Origin: Marsupella aquatica
Lineage: Eukaryota; Plantae; Marchantiophyta
Reading direction: 5' to 3'
DNA length: 64,000 bases
NCBI GenBank assembly: GCA_973895155.1
Contig: OZ316892.1
Location: 23,817,971 to 23,881,970 of the forward strand
Shown: piece after piece, positions 38,601 through 51,383 of the stretch
Numbering within the stretch: the stretch's first letter is position 1
Layout: each line of letters opens with the position of its first letter
Notes under the pieces: model-generated
Databases searched by the model: none
What the model was told of the DNA's origin: nothing
Seen by the model: the letters and a program-made list of their open reading frames with translations, nothing else
Program-made: the position numbers and the translations under genes

Positions 38601-41205
38601 CCTGATGTGCAGCTCCCAGGCAGTTTCACTCTAATTTGCCTAAAACCGAAGTTTAGAAGTGTAATTCCCACACTCAGATAGATGGACAGGCTGTCTTGTA
38701 CGCCATCTAGAGCCCTCTATCGATCTACTTGATCAGGAATTATTTTCACAGGACAAGATAGCAGGATGGGGCCAGTCAATCAAAGTCTCAACATCTGGGA
38801 ATGGAATTCTACAATTTGGCTCCAGATGAGGTTCACTGAGTTAAGAAAGACAAAACAGTTTTTCATTAAATCGGAGCCCTATTCCATGTCCATGCCCCCC
38901 ATTCACCTCTATCATTTCCAGACGTTGGTCAAAGAATGATCATGTCCATACAAATGGCCCAAGCGGCAGCTCCCTTTAGGCAGGATATTTAAGATAGATG
39001 GTCAAGCCATCCCTGGGCATTGGGGTGGGAGCAAGTATAATATATCTGAAAATAAGGCTAATCTTATGCCTAGTGAGTTCAACTCACTGGAAATAAATTG
39101 AAAGAATTACTAATAGGAGGAGTTTCATCCCCACTTACTTACCTAGAATTCTTAATCCCAAGAATCCAGCCAATAAAAGGTCTAATTGGGACAAGTTTCA
39201 TTCATTGACATAATTGATGAATATTGACTATCAATCATTGTCAAGATAGACAAGTTTCATTGGCATTATTGATCAACATTGACTATCAATCATTGTCAAT
39301 GTAGACAAGTTTCATTGGCATGATTGATGATAGACTATCCATATCAACAATGCACTTCAGTCAGCAAATTTTGGTGACCGCATAGTGTGCTCAAGCTTGA
39401 AAATCCATCATAAATATATCTCCAGCAATTGATACTAGTGGGCCTCAGCAGAGGCTTGCCCAGTTAGAGAGCATATATGCCCCACTTGCAGACTTGAATA
39501 CAACTTACACTAGGTGTGGACCGTTGGATCATCACACTCTTGCAGTGATAGATTATTTTTCATTTCTATTGGTTTTATTTGTTCTTTGGTTTTAGTGTTT
39601 ATTTGTGCCCTTTTCGTTTAAGTTTTGTGTTTGTCCTCTCGAGCCTGCAGTTGCTTTTACTCCATGATTGTACTTTGCCATGTACTTTGTTTGCCCCATT
39701 TTAGTAAATTATTGGTCCATTTCTTTCAGTTACACTATCTATAATGGGGCTGGGTCTCATGCGAGAAGTGAGTTTCCTCACCAAGTGGGCCCTTCTGAGG
39801 AGTCTATCCCTGAGATTGGCCAAACTTGGAATATTTTCATACTTGGTGAAAACATGAACATGCATTTCCCACCAGATTTCCCAACCCTTTCCCATGAGCC
39901 TCATTGATCAAACCAATCAGATGGAAGAGGAGGCTGGGAGACGAATAACTAATAAGAAAATAGGGCTGGGGAGTGGGGGGACGTAAAAAAGAAAGGAATC
40001 AGGCCGGAAGTTTGGAGATGGGCAAGGAGAAGGGAAAGAAATTTGAGGTTATCCCTTTAGGTAGGAAAAATTCACCAAATGTTCTTATCCTGATTGGCTC
40101 TATGGACAGACTCACCATATAGCATGCTCATCCTGGAACATGCTTTACTTTTTGTCTTGTAGTGATATTAAGTGGACAAAATTAAAGAGTAAGACTAGAA
40201 TACATATTAAATGTGAATGAAATCAAATAATATAAATAAAGTACATACAATAAAAGCACATTGTGACCAATGGAAAGTACAATTTTATTACACAAAGTTG
40301 CTACGAGTTGTGCACAATGAAATCAAATAATATAAATAAAGCACATGCAATAACATAGTGACCAATGGAAAGTACAATTTTATTACACAAAGATCCTACG
40401 AGTTGTGCACGTATTTCAGTGTGACTTATTAATGACTTTTATTCAATAAAAACCATAAACTTAGGAAAGAAAGCCACGAGGGGAACTTAATACAGGATGT
40501 GCTGACATTTCTTAGAATCATTCCTCTCACTCATGAGTATACTTAAACGCGCGGTAGAAATGAAGCCCTTAGTTTCTCTCTAGGACTTAACAAAGTTTAC
40601 AAATTAAGGGGGCTGCCAAAATAAATTCAAAACACTATAGAATACCAAAAATTTAAAGGGGTCCAAAAATGAATTAAAAGTCTATGTGATACAAAGGATG
40701 CCCCTTGTTAAGGTACATTCAAATAAAAATTCATGATACACAAATATGAATAAGACAAAACATGAGAGTTGGATTCACCATATAGCAGTTTCAAAAATTG
40801 GCTCTATGGACAGACTCACCACAACTCTCACCTGTTGCTCCTTTCATAAATCTCACCATACCTCTTGTCTGTCTTCCTCCACTGTTCAACATATTTTTCA
40901 TCGACCACTTGTATAATTTTGTATTAACCAACATAGGTGGGACATTACATTTTTGGTCTTAATTTGTTTAGGGTTACTTTTGCCGCTACCTCGTACCTTC
41001 TCTTTGCACTGTCTCCTTCCTGTATTTATCTTTCGGCCCTCAATCATTTCAACACTTACTGTTTGATCCACACATTTAGTTCTACAACTCCTCCCAGTCG
41101 TCACAATTCTTCGGAAGGCCATTCCATCGTCCTCACCGTGTCCTTCAAATGTAGCGTGTCGACGCCAAGCACCATTTGACAAAATTCCCTCAGATGCTCA
41201 GACAA

Positions 41206-43278
41206 CTATTCCTGCAAACTACGCAGGTTTAAACTCTGCAACACTACCAACATGGTGGGTCTATCTGCTCGGGAATGGGAAACACAGAGAGCAGCGACTT
41301 CCAACATTCTGAACAATTCCTCCTTATCGTACTTGTCCGTCAGGTTCGGATCCGCGAGGGCATCTATATTTCGAGATGCCAAAGCATCAGCCACAAGTGG
41401 TCCGGTCGAAACCACCAGATTCTGTCGCCCACAGCCCCGAGTCGCATCCCAGGGCTTCATACCCGTAATTAGCTCCAGAAGAACCACACCAAAGCCATAC
41501 ACGTCTGACTTGACCGTCGGGTTACCCCACAAATAGTACTCGGGATCCACGTACCCAAGGCTTCCCAAAGTCCCGCTACACGTAGTATGCGGGAGATGGG
41601 TACTATGGTAATCACGCCGTATCCCAAAGCTACCCACGAGAGCGTCCCACTGGTTGTTGAGATGGATGTTCGAAGCCGTGACGTTACCGTGGATAATTCT
41701 CTGGTAGCAGCAGTCGTGCAAGTACAGTAATCCACGAGCTGTTCCGCGAGCAATGTTCATTCTGGTGGCCCAATCCATGCACGGTGCTCCCGGACCATGA
41801 AGAGCTCCCTCCAGTGTTCCATTCGGGACATGCTCATGAACTAAAATCCGGCAATAATAGGAATTATTGTAACCCAGCACTGACACTAGATGCCGAAAGC
41901 GTACTCTGCTCATGATCTCCACCTCTGGGAGCAAATGCCTACAATACGTGCAGGGAGCTTTGCAAACCTCCACTTCCACGAGATTCCCGGCGATGATCCC
42001 CTTATACACCTGACCGAAATAACCCTTCCGTAACCGATTTGCAGAAGAAAATCCATTGGTTGCTTCCTTGAGCTCCTTGTAGGTGAACTCCTTACCAGCT
42101 TCTGGATGTATCTCCACCAGCGTCGGCATGTTTAAAGAAGAGGATCCATTGGTTTCTTCCTTGAGCTCCTTGTAGGTGAACGCCTTACCAGCATCTGGAT
42201 CTATCTCCACCAGGTTCAGATTATTTAAAGAAGAGGATCCATTGGGTGCGTCCTTGTGCCTTAACGTCTTCATCATTGAAAGTAACCACGGTGGTGTGTA
42301 CAATGGCCTAGAGGTAGACTTCAAAGCCCGGATGGCGGGGACCTTCACATCCCCGGCAAGCATTCGGACTGTGCGTCTCATAGACGGGCGATCCTGACAG
42401 TTGAATTGAGTGCAGAGCAACCCAACTTTCAACACCGTTTTCATCTGTTTAGTGTCATAGTCCGTACGTCGCTTATCCACAATACTTAGCAAATCACCTT
42501 TACTATGGGCAGACCCTACCCATTGCACAAGACCCATCTCGTGGGAACCACTTGGCAGAACTCTTCGTCCGCATGCAACCTCTAAGATCACAACACCAAA
42601 AGCATAAACGTCGGTTTTCTCTGTGAATTGGCATTCAGAGTATACTTCTGGAGCAATGTAGCCCGTGGTTCCAGCCATATTTGTTGTTGCTGCTCTCCCT
42701 TGATGATCCACCATACGAGAAATGCCAAAGTCCCCTAGCTTTGCATTACACTCCTTGTCCAACAAGATATTGGCACATTTTATGTCTCTATGAATGACTT
42801 GCTGGTTCAAGCCATGGTGGAGATAATCCAGGCCATCTGCAGCCCCAGTCAATATCTTGAACTTTTGCGCCCAAGACAGGCCGGCTGTTCTTTCAGCCGG
42901 CTTGAACAGCACGTCGTCTAGGCTTCCATTGGGTAGTAGATCATAAACAAGCATGTATTCCTTTCTGGCCACATCTTCACACCATCCTTGCAGTTTAATC
43001 AAATTCCGATGGCTGAGCTGGCTTAGGATGAAAACTTCACTCTTGAACTCCTTTAAGCCCTGACTGTGGGTCTCACCTTGATGCATTCTCTTGATTGCCA
43101 CTTGAGTACCGGACTTTAACTCTGCTTTGTACACAACCCCAAATCCTCCATGCCCCAGTGTTGACTCCTCGCTGAAGCCCCTGGTGGCCTCACTCAGCTC
43201 CTCGTAGCTGAATCTCTGCAGGACTCCCTCTAATTGAACGACCAAATCTTCTGCAGACAATAAAACCAAATACTTCAT
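41206..43278 (-). CDS. Tandem kinase protein: LecRK-like active kinase + PERK-like pseudokinase
   Basis: Domain 1 has VAIK/HRD/DFG intact; domain 2 has EVEIMSRVRFRHLVSVLGY and GSLGYVDPEY but VEVE for VAVK, HGN for HRD and SFG for DFG; no signal peptide or TM segment in this ORF; possible splice acceptor at 43251. Confidence 0.9.
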   Translation of the reverse strand: MKYLVLLSAEDLVVQLEGVLQRFSYEELSEATRGFSEESTLGHGGFGVVYKAELKSGTQVAIKRMHQGETHSQGLKEFKSEVFILSQLSHRNLIKLQGWCEDVARKEYMLVYDLLPNGSLDDVLFKPAERTAGLSWAQKFKILTGAADGLDYLHHGLNQQVIHRDIKCANILLDKECNAKLGDFGISRMVDHQGRAATTNMAGTTGYIAPEVYSECQFTEKTDVYAFGVVILEVACGRRVLPSGSHEMGLVQWVGSAHSKGDLLSIVDKRRTDYDTKQMKTVLKVGLLCTQFNCQDRPSMRRTVRMLAGDVKVPAIRALKSTSRPLYTPPWLLSMMKTLRHKDAPNGSSSLNNLNLVEIDPDAGKAFTYKELKEETNGSSSLNMPTLVEIHPEAGKEFTYKELKEATNGFSSANRLRKGYFGQVYKGIIAGNLVEVEVCKAPCTYCRHLLPEVEIMSRVRFRHLVSVLGYNNSYYCRILVHEHVPNGTLEGALHGPGAPCMDWATRMNIARGTARGLLYLHDCCYQRIIHGNVTASNIHLNNQWDALVGSFGIRRDYHSTHLPHTTCSGTLGSLGYVDPEYYLWGNPTVKSDVYGFGVVLLELITGMKPWDATRGCGRQNLVVSTGPLVADALASRNIDALADPNLTDKYDKEELFRMLEVAALCVSHSRADRPTMLVVLQSLNLRSLQE

Positions 43279-46200
43279 CACAAATAGGTAGGGAAAAGTC
43301 GTCCATCAGAAGGTACAGACATGTTGACTGATGAGGTCAGTTTTCAAAACTTTCAAGCTTATCATGACGAACTCCTTCAGACCATCGTGGCAATGTCATA
43401 ATCATGCTTCGTTCCTGACTCTTTGTTTTCGGAGAATTCTGTTCTAAGTGTGTGGAACAACATGACATTGACATTGGTGATTCCACCTTGTCTTGAATTC
43501 TGAATGGAGATCATCTTTAACAGCACAGGCCGCATAACCTTAGCTGGACATATATTACACTTATTTATAGTGCTAGACGAGGTTGGCCAGTGTTCTACGC
43601 TTGAACCGAATTCCAGAATTAGGGAGGGATGCCACTCCATTGAAGTAGTGAAAGCTAAAACTAGGAAAACCAAGTATAGGCAGAATGAAGAGTTCACGCT
43701 TGTAGTCAACGAAATCTCGAAGGAATAAGCTGTGAAGACGGGCAGAAGCGGGAGTTCAGGAGAAGGAGAAATTCGAACATAATTAGAATGTCATGGATAC
43801 CTCTAAAAGACAAACAGACTTGGAAAGCCAAGTACCTCGACATAATCTGAACCTTTGAGGCGCCTGAACAAGCTGATTTTCTAAAAACTCAACAACTCCA
43901 ATTCGAAGCTCCCAATCGGACATTGGTTTGTGTTCAACACCATTTCAAAAATCAAGAAGTACTGCTGCACAATTCAGACATTCATACGTTTCACGGGTCC
44001 GATGCAAACGTGATCTTCAACAAAGGTACGCCCATGTATTGTAAACAAGGCACTCACCCTGCTTCTCCACTCCTGCGTCCATTTCGTTGAGATTTCTCGG
44101 TTCAATGTATGCTTCGCTGGTAGATTTTTCCGTCTCGATCGCTACTATGAACGTCACCCAGCTCGCGTCCGTTCTTCGTCCCCTCTTATCTCACTCCATC
44201 CTCTCTCTGTCCAAGAATTCGATGTCAAAATCATATTGCACATAATTTCGGGCTCTCTGTCCAAGAATTCGATGTCAAAATCACATTGCACATAATTTCG
44301 GGCTACTCAATCAAAGTTGATGGCTCTCCGTCTCCTCTCTACAGAGAAAGCTGAAGTTAGGGCGCGAGTCAAGCCTAGGCAGCAGAGTGCCTGTGTTCAA
44401 GCGAAACTTCAAAATACTATGCAATCAAACTGGACAGAAGGGGGAGAACAGCAGGAAAGAGCCACCAACTCTGTCCATCTATCACTTATACGATGTCATA
44501 GTTGTAACAGACAGAAGCAATAATCCATAGTTCTGAAAGGCAGACACAGAATCAGAAAAACAAGTAGCTTCACACTGATTCCAGTTCTAACGTAATCCAA
44601 ACTCTCTTTAGTTCGAATAGCATCACAGATTGCTGTCAGTGCAAGTTATGGGTCTCAACAGTCCATCACAATAGGTACGCCTACATATGCAAAAAGGGAC
44701 ACTCATTCACTTACTGGAATGGCACAGGCATCGGAATGGAGTCACTCCCGTTGACGCCCTGCATCTTCACTCCCCCCTCTAGATCTCTGCAACTAGTTGG
44801 TCAATAAAGCGTCTCTTTTGGTTAATCCATCCCCTTCCTACCACATGGAAGGTCGATTTCTCCACCCAGCTCCTTTCTATCCTTCTCTCGCTTTTCATCC
44901 TCGAAATAATTCAAGGTTAGGCCCAGATCAAAGTGAGCCGATTATACTCCACTACGGCATAGCGTAATCAGGGACAGAGGTAGCCCAATCTCTCCACCCA
45001 GCTCCCCTGCATTCTTCTCCTGCCTTCACCTTGCTCCTATCTCCTTTTTCCTTGAAATCAATTCAAAGCCGAACTCAAACTGAACCCAATTTTACTCTAA
45101 GGACAATGAATAACAATCAAGTCGCGAACTCGGCACCGAGAGACACATTTGAGAATTAGCTTGAATTGGGAGCTCAATCCATCGTTCTTCAGGGTCAGGC
45201 TAGAGTTCAGTTATTGCAAGTCAAGTCCCGAGCGCTGCTTCTCGTTCCCTCAGCACTTGCTCACTGGGTCCAAAGCTTTCCGCCTCATCCTGCACTCCGA
45301 TTCGTGCATTTATCGGCAGCTCTCGACCTGCCCATGGCGTGCAGAGGGATGTTTGTATGGTCGTTCGGGGAAGTTCGTTAGAAAGTCAAAGCGTGTACGA
45401 ATGATGGCTCTCCTATACTATCGTAGGTGTTATGGTGGCAAAAAGACCTGTGTTAGTAATAATCTAAGGGTGGCTTTACAAGAACTTGGGGCAGCAGTTC
45501 TTTTTCATGTGTGTGTGAGATGCATTCTCAGCCATTTATATGTGGGAACAGGCCACATTTCACTTTACATGAACTTGGGGACACAATCAATAGAATCCAT
45601 TACCTAACCTAGTCATCTGTCAATGGGTCCCTTGTGGGTCACTTTTTTTCCTGATGTGTGCAAAAACAAAACTCAAGAACAACCTTGAGTGCTGCCTTCA
45701 CTTGCTCAATTAAAATTCCAACATCTGGGAATCATGAGATTCTTCAATTTGGCTCCAAATGAGGATTGGAAAGGGACAAATGAACCAAGAGCCCTATTCA
45801 ATGGTCTTGCACCCCCCCCACCCCCCCCTCTCATTTACCTCCATCCAAGACATTGGTAGAGGACAAGGTCGATAAGAAATGGCCTAATGGGTGGCTCCCT
45901 TTGGGCAGGATATTCCCCAATAACTTGCCTAGAATTCTCAACCCCAAGAAGAGAGCCAAGCATATGTCTAGTTGGGACAAGTCCCATTGACATTGATCCC
46001 CATGAATTATGCATATATGCACCACATGTTTCCACAGGAATACTGACACTATCTGTTTTGACTATGCACTTAGGTAATCAGATTTTGGTCCCGGGTAAAC
46101 AACCTCTTTTATAATAGGCAGGGGTCTAGATTTTTAGATGGACTAAAAAGTTGTCTCTAATGGAAAAAAACCTGGGTTTTCCACTTTAATTTTTTTTGAG

Positions 46201-47002
46201 TCAGTTTGGTTTGGGGTTTGCTTTTATTGTTTTTCCGCATGAGATTTAAAAAACATATTAGAATTGCTGTAATTTATATTGTAAGAGATTTTTAGAAATT
46301 TAATAGAAATCCTAAAATGCTGGCTAGTTTGATTGTAGACCCCTGTATTAAAAAAACATATGATTTGGTTTTGATGTAGTTTTTTCACATCAAAAAATGC
46401 TCTGTTTTTTCTTAAGTTACATTTTTGGATACTTTGAGTCAAGAGGTACAAGAATTGAATAGACTAAAATGAACATAATATTTTCATTTGGATATAAAGC
46501 CATTATAAGGAATTAAAATCTTGCCTTATAAAAAGGGGAGTGTTAACTACTACATTGCAGCACTTTACCCCATACTTTGTTTGGCTTTTTGGGGTTTTTT
46601 AGTGAATTGGTTCATTTTCTTTCAATTACTATGGGTATAATTGGCTGAGTCCCATGAGAGAAGTGAGCTTCCTCACTAAATGAGCCCTCCTTCTAACCCT
46701 GAAATTGGCTCAACTTTAAATTACAGTCAGCCCATTTTGTTCTCATGGCAATTTAGAGTGATGGTAACTAAACCTTAGTTAGCATCCAGGCAATGAGAAG
46801 TTTTCCAAGTGATATTATGTTATCTAGGCAGACAAACAGTTGATTGACACCATCAAAAGAGATGAATTATAGAGGAGGCATGAGGAGGAAAATAATTTGA
46901 ACAAAGAGGGAAGGTTTGGTCTTTTCCTCTTTTAATGGTAGTGGTTTTATGGAACACAACAGTCAGCCAAGCACACTAATTATGGAATAATGAAATTAAG
47001 GG

Positions 47003-47295
47003 TTTGGGGGTTTCAATTCCACAAAAATGGCATATCATGTGTGACGAATGATACCTATGTCATTTTATTGGTTCTAAGGGAAAACTTAAGAATTTTTGCA
47101 GAAGAACAATAGGGCCTTCTAAATTCAATTTTGATACTTATAAGAATATTAATATCTTTTTAATCCAATTTTTGGAATATTCCAAGAATATTCCAACTTA
47201 TAGGGGTTAAAAAATAAAAAAATTCTTACAAATTAGGGGGTCCAAAGCCTAAAAATGTCGCAGGTGATGGGGGCCCATATAGTGAGACCCCCGAG
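47003..47295 (+). mobile_element. MITE copy 5, 8-bp TSD ATTAAGGG
   Basis: attaaggg|tttgggggtttcaat ... agtgagacccccgag|attaaggg. Confidence 0.9.
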
Positions 47296-48464
47296 ATTAA
47301 GGGGCAGGATATATTGGAGCTCCTGCAAAGGAAACCATGGTTCCTATTGAGCCCCTTTCTTAACAGTGGAACCTGACACTTGTGTGCTATTGCTCAGTCT
47401 AAGAACAGTCCATAAGTACAACACTTGAGTGGCACTTGTTCCAAAATGGGGACCAACTTGTCCCCACATAAAAGCGATGTCCAAAAGCTACTTCTCAAAA
47501 GAAGAAGGAACAACTGAGCAAATACATTAAAAATATCTATTCAAAGTGTTATTTCAAAGGAGGCAAGAGGAGCTCCATCCCACTTCATTATTCACTGTTG
47601 AGGAATGTCCAAGTGAAATGATGACCTTTGCAAGAACAACATAAAGGTAAGATTCACTAGATTGGGAAATACATTGGGATAAGTTTTGTCCAAATACACA
47701 CTTAAGTACCTTGCCATCTTCTATAGTTTAATTATTATGCTGCCATCTTTTTCCATCAAGGATTAATTAAGTGAACGAACCCAGCTTCAATTAGGTTAAC
47801 TTAAATAACCCCTTATTTCTCCCCCATTTTGTTCACCCTCCCAAACATTCTCATAGACACTCAGTATTTGAGACAACTCACTAGCTTGGGGACCTACTCA
47901 CTATACAAACTTGAAGAAACATGGATTCCCCAAACCATTCCCATGACCCTCATTGATCAAACCAATCAGATGAGAGAGAAAGGAGAATAATAACTAAGGA
48001 AAAGCGGGCTGGGGAGTGGGGCAGGAAACAAAGAAAGGAATCTAGTGGGAAGTTTGGGGGTGGGCAAGGAGAGGGGAAGGAAATTTGAGGTTGCACATTT
48101 AGGTAGGAACAATACACCAAAATGTCCTTATCCTGATTGGCTCCATAGACAGACACACCACAACTCTCATGTAAAGCTCCTGTCATAACTCCTACCATAG
48201 CTCTTGTTGGTCTGCTGCACTTTTTGAACATTTTTCCATGGTCACTTGCATACTTTTGCATTAACACTATTGGTAGGACATTAAATTGTGGTCTTTAATT
48301 TGCTTAGAGTTTCTTTTACCCTTCTTTGGAGTGGCTCCTTCATGTCTTTGCAACTTTTAACTATAGTTTCTCCCTGCAACTCATGCATACATATATATCT
48401 TTTGGATTCTGGACCATCTCAACAGTTACTCTTTAATGTTGGTACTAATTATTTAGCTCTTACT

Positions 48465-49040
48465 TGTTGAGCATAGACGACATTCGCAACGGCAAGCCCA
48501 TGAACCATCCAACACACAATAGTCGACACAGAGAGATACGTGGTTCACCTCCACATGAGGCTACGTCCCCGGGAACACACAAGAGCTTTATTGCACTCTA
48601 GGCCAACCGGCCATACCAAGCATCCATAAAACAAGCTCTCCCTATCTCTCAACTAGCTCCATAACAATGAGCCTAAGTTCCACCAGGGTCTGGCATTGTT
48701 GAGCATAGACAACATTCATAACGGCAAGCCCATGAACCATCCAACGCACAATAGTCGACACAGAGAGATACATGGTTCACCTCCACATGAGGCTACGTCC
48801 ACGGGAACACACAAGAGCTTTACTGCACTCTAGGCCGATCGGCCATACCAAGCATCCACAGCACAAGCTCTCCCTATCTCTCAACTAGCTTTGTAACAAT
48901 GAGCCTTTATTCCACCAGGGTCTGGCATCAGCCCTGGCTATATACACAACAGCACTACCGCTAACAATAGCTAAGTCCTAACCTGAGTTAGCTTAACTGT
49001 AGTTAGCTCATGAGTCACAAGACTAGAGCAATATCTAACA
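48465..49040 (-). mobile_element. Copia 3' LTR (48697-49040) with tandem duplication of its terminal 232 bp
   Basis: Minus strand PPT AGGGGGAGTT (49041-49050) then TGTTAG...CTCAACA; tgttgagcatagac occurs at 48465 and 48697. Confidence 0.85.
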
Positions 49041-49247
49041 AACTCCCCCTTGACTCTTGTCTTGGGGACTGGACTAAATGCTACCATATGGAATCCTCAG
49101 CGGAAAGTTCTAGACAATCACCAAACCAGGTCTCCCCCTAAAAACCACAAGGGTTAACTAAGGGTTAACTATAACTAAGCCGTAGCCAAACAGGAATGAG
49201 TAATCCATATACAAATAGTCACACATTGCTAAATAACTCTACTTGCA

Positions 49248-51277
49248 CTACAACTGCAAAACCTGCAAAGTAGCACGGTGTCTTGAGAAACTCTCCAAAG
49301 GAATCACTTTGGTAAAGACATCAGCAGGATTGAGCTTTCCATCAATCTTGACTAGCTCAAAAGTTTTATCAGACACTGCTTGCCTGATAAAATGGTACCT
49401 AATATCAATGTGCTTCACCCTGCTATCCATCACCTGGTTAGCAGCCAAGTGAAGAGCACTGTGACTATCACAGTTTAGAGTCATTTTGTCATGCTCTAAA
49501 CCCATCTCCGCGATCAACTTGTCCAACCAAATTGCTTCCTTTGCTGCTTCTGCTGCTACAACATACTCTGCTTTTGTAGTAGACTGAGATATACACTTCT
49601 GTAAGGTAGATTTCCAACTGATACATCCTCCTCCAAGTTAGAGTAAATACAAACCCAGTTGTAGACCTCCTTGTATCCAGACAGCCTCCATAGTCAGAAT
49701 CTACATAGCCAACTAATGTTCTATCTGATCTGTTATCAAATAGTAATCCATAGTCCTGTGTATCCTTGAGATACCTGAGAATCCATTTCACAACTTCCCA
49801 ATGTACCTTCCCTGGATTTGACATGAATCTGCTAGCCTTGCCCATCGCTAGGGCCAAGTCATGCCTAGTACAAGTCATCAAATACATCAGACTGCCTACT
49901 ACCTTCTCATAAAGAATCTTAGCCATCAGACCTTTCTCCACAGCATCCATAGGAGACAAAACCGATGATAACTTGAAATGTGAAGCTAAAGGAATACTCA
50001 CTGGCTTACAGTTTTCCATGTTGAATCGTGCAAGTACTTTTCTTGCATACTGGCCTTGACTCAAGCACAATTGTCCAGTATCAGAGTTCCTAAAAATCTC
50101 CATCCCTAAGATCCTCTTGGCCTTACCAAGATCCTTCATCCTGAATTCAGCACTCAATTTTGCCTTGAGACTTGATCTTTAGCCACAATCAGCATGTCAT
50201 CCACATAGATCACCAGAATGATGAAACCAAATACATCATTCTTGACTAATTTTGTATACACACAAGGATCATACACCATCCTTGTAAAACCTTGAGCAAG
50301 CATGAAATCATCAAATCGCTTGTTCCACTGTCTAGGAGACTGCTTCAATCCATACAAGGACTTGAGCAATCTGCAAACTAAGTTCTCTTGGCCCTTCTTC
50401 ATAGTCTAGTGGCTGTCTCATGAAGATCATCTCTTCCAAGTTGTCATAGAGAAAAGCAGTAACAATATCCATCTGATCCATCACCAGATCAAAAAACACA
50501 ACAAGCTGACACAAGATCTGAATTGTGGAATACTTAGCCACCAGTGAAAAGACCTCATTGTAATCCACTCCTTTCTCCTGAGTGAATCCCTTGGCAACAA
50601 GCCTTGCCTTGTAGATCTTATCTCCACCCTCTGAAGGATTGTTCTTCAACTTGTAAATCCACTTGCTGTCCACCACTTGCTGACCTCTTGGAAGCTCCAC
50701 CAGCTCCCATGTCTTTTTGTCACTCAACGATTGCAACTCCCTTTGCATTACTGCATTCCACTCATGCTTCTGCTCTGAAGCACAAGCCTCATTGTACGAA
50801 GAAGGCTCTCCTTCTTTCAAGATCAAAGCCATATCATCTTCATCAGGTGCAATGTCAATATCATCTAGCTTAGATGAGTCTGCCCATTGACCATACCTGG
50901 TAGGAGCTCTAGTAGAACGACTAGAAGTTCTTCTAGTAGATGACTCAGGCTGATTTGATGCTGTTACTGGTTGAATTTGAGATACCCTAGCAACAATCTG
51001 CTCCTCTTGTTCCATCACAGGAACCAACTCTAAGCCCGGAGCTTCTCCATCTCTCCTGTCATGAACAACATCATAACTGATCTCCCCCTCAACCCGGTCC
51101 GGGATGGAAGATTTCCCCTTGTCAGTATGGGAGTCCTGAGAACTCTCCCTCTCCTTTGATGATCTGGACTCATTAAAGGACACATCTTTATTGACAATTA
51201 GCTTACAGGTTACTGGATCCCATAACCTATAACCCTTCACACCTTTCTGATAGCCAAGGAAAATGCACTTCTTTGAC
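49248..51277 (-). pseudogene. Ty1/Copia pol (post-integrase, RT, RNase H), frameshifted and cut at 51277
   Basis: KKCIFLGY..GVKGYRLWDP, YKARLVAKGFTQ, KSLYGLKQSPRQW, YVDDM, GYVDSDYGG, KHIDIRYHFIR, NPADVFTK. Confidence 0.95.
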
Positions 51278-51383
51278 CTTGGGGGTTTCACTTCCACAAA
51301 AATGACATATCACGTGCGATGAAGGATAGGGTCATTTTATTGGTTCTAAGGGAAGACTTCAGAATTTTTGTAGAAGAACAATA
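51278..51383 (+). mobile_element. Left terminus of the MITE family (no right end in window)
   Basis: cttgggggtttcacttccacaaaaatgacatatcacgtgcg...gtagaagaacaata nearly identical to 28074-28179, then diverges. Confidence 0.9.

Larger units (their letters stand above)
34630..48310. repeat. ~7.5-kb tandem segmental duplication containing the two kinase genes
   Basis: 34630-37060 aligns by eye to 42200-44600; collinear blocks 38790/45720, 39760/46650, 39900/47950, 40800/48140. Confidence 0.75.
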
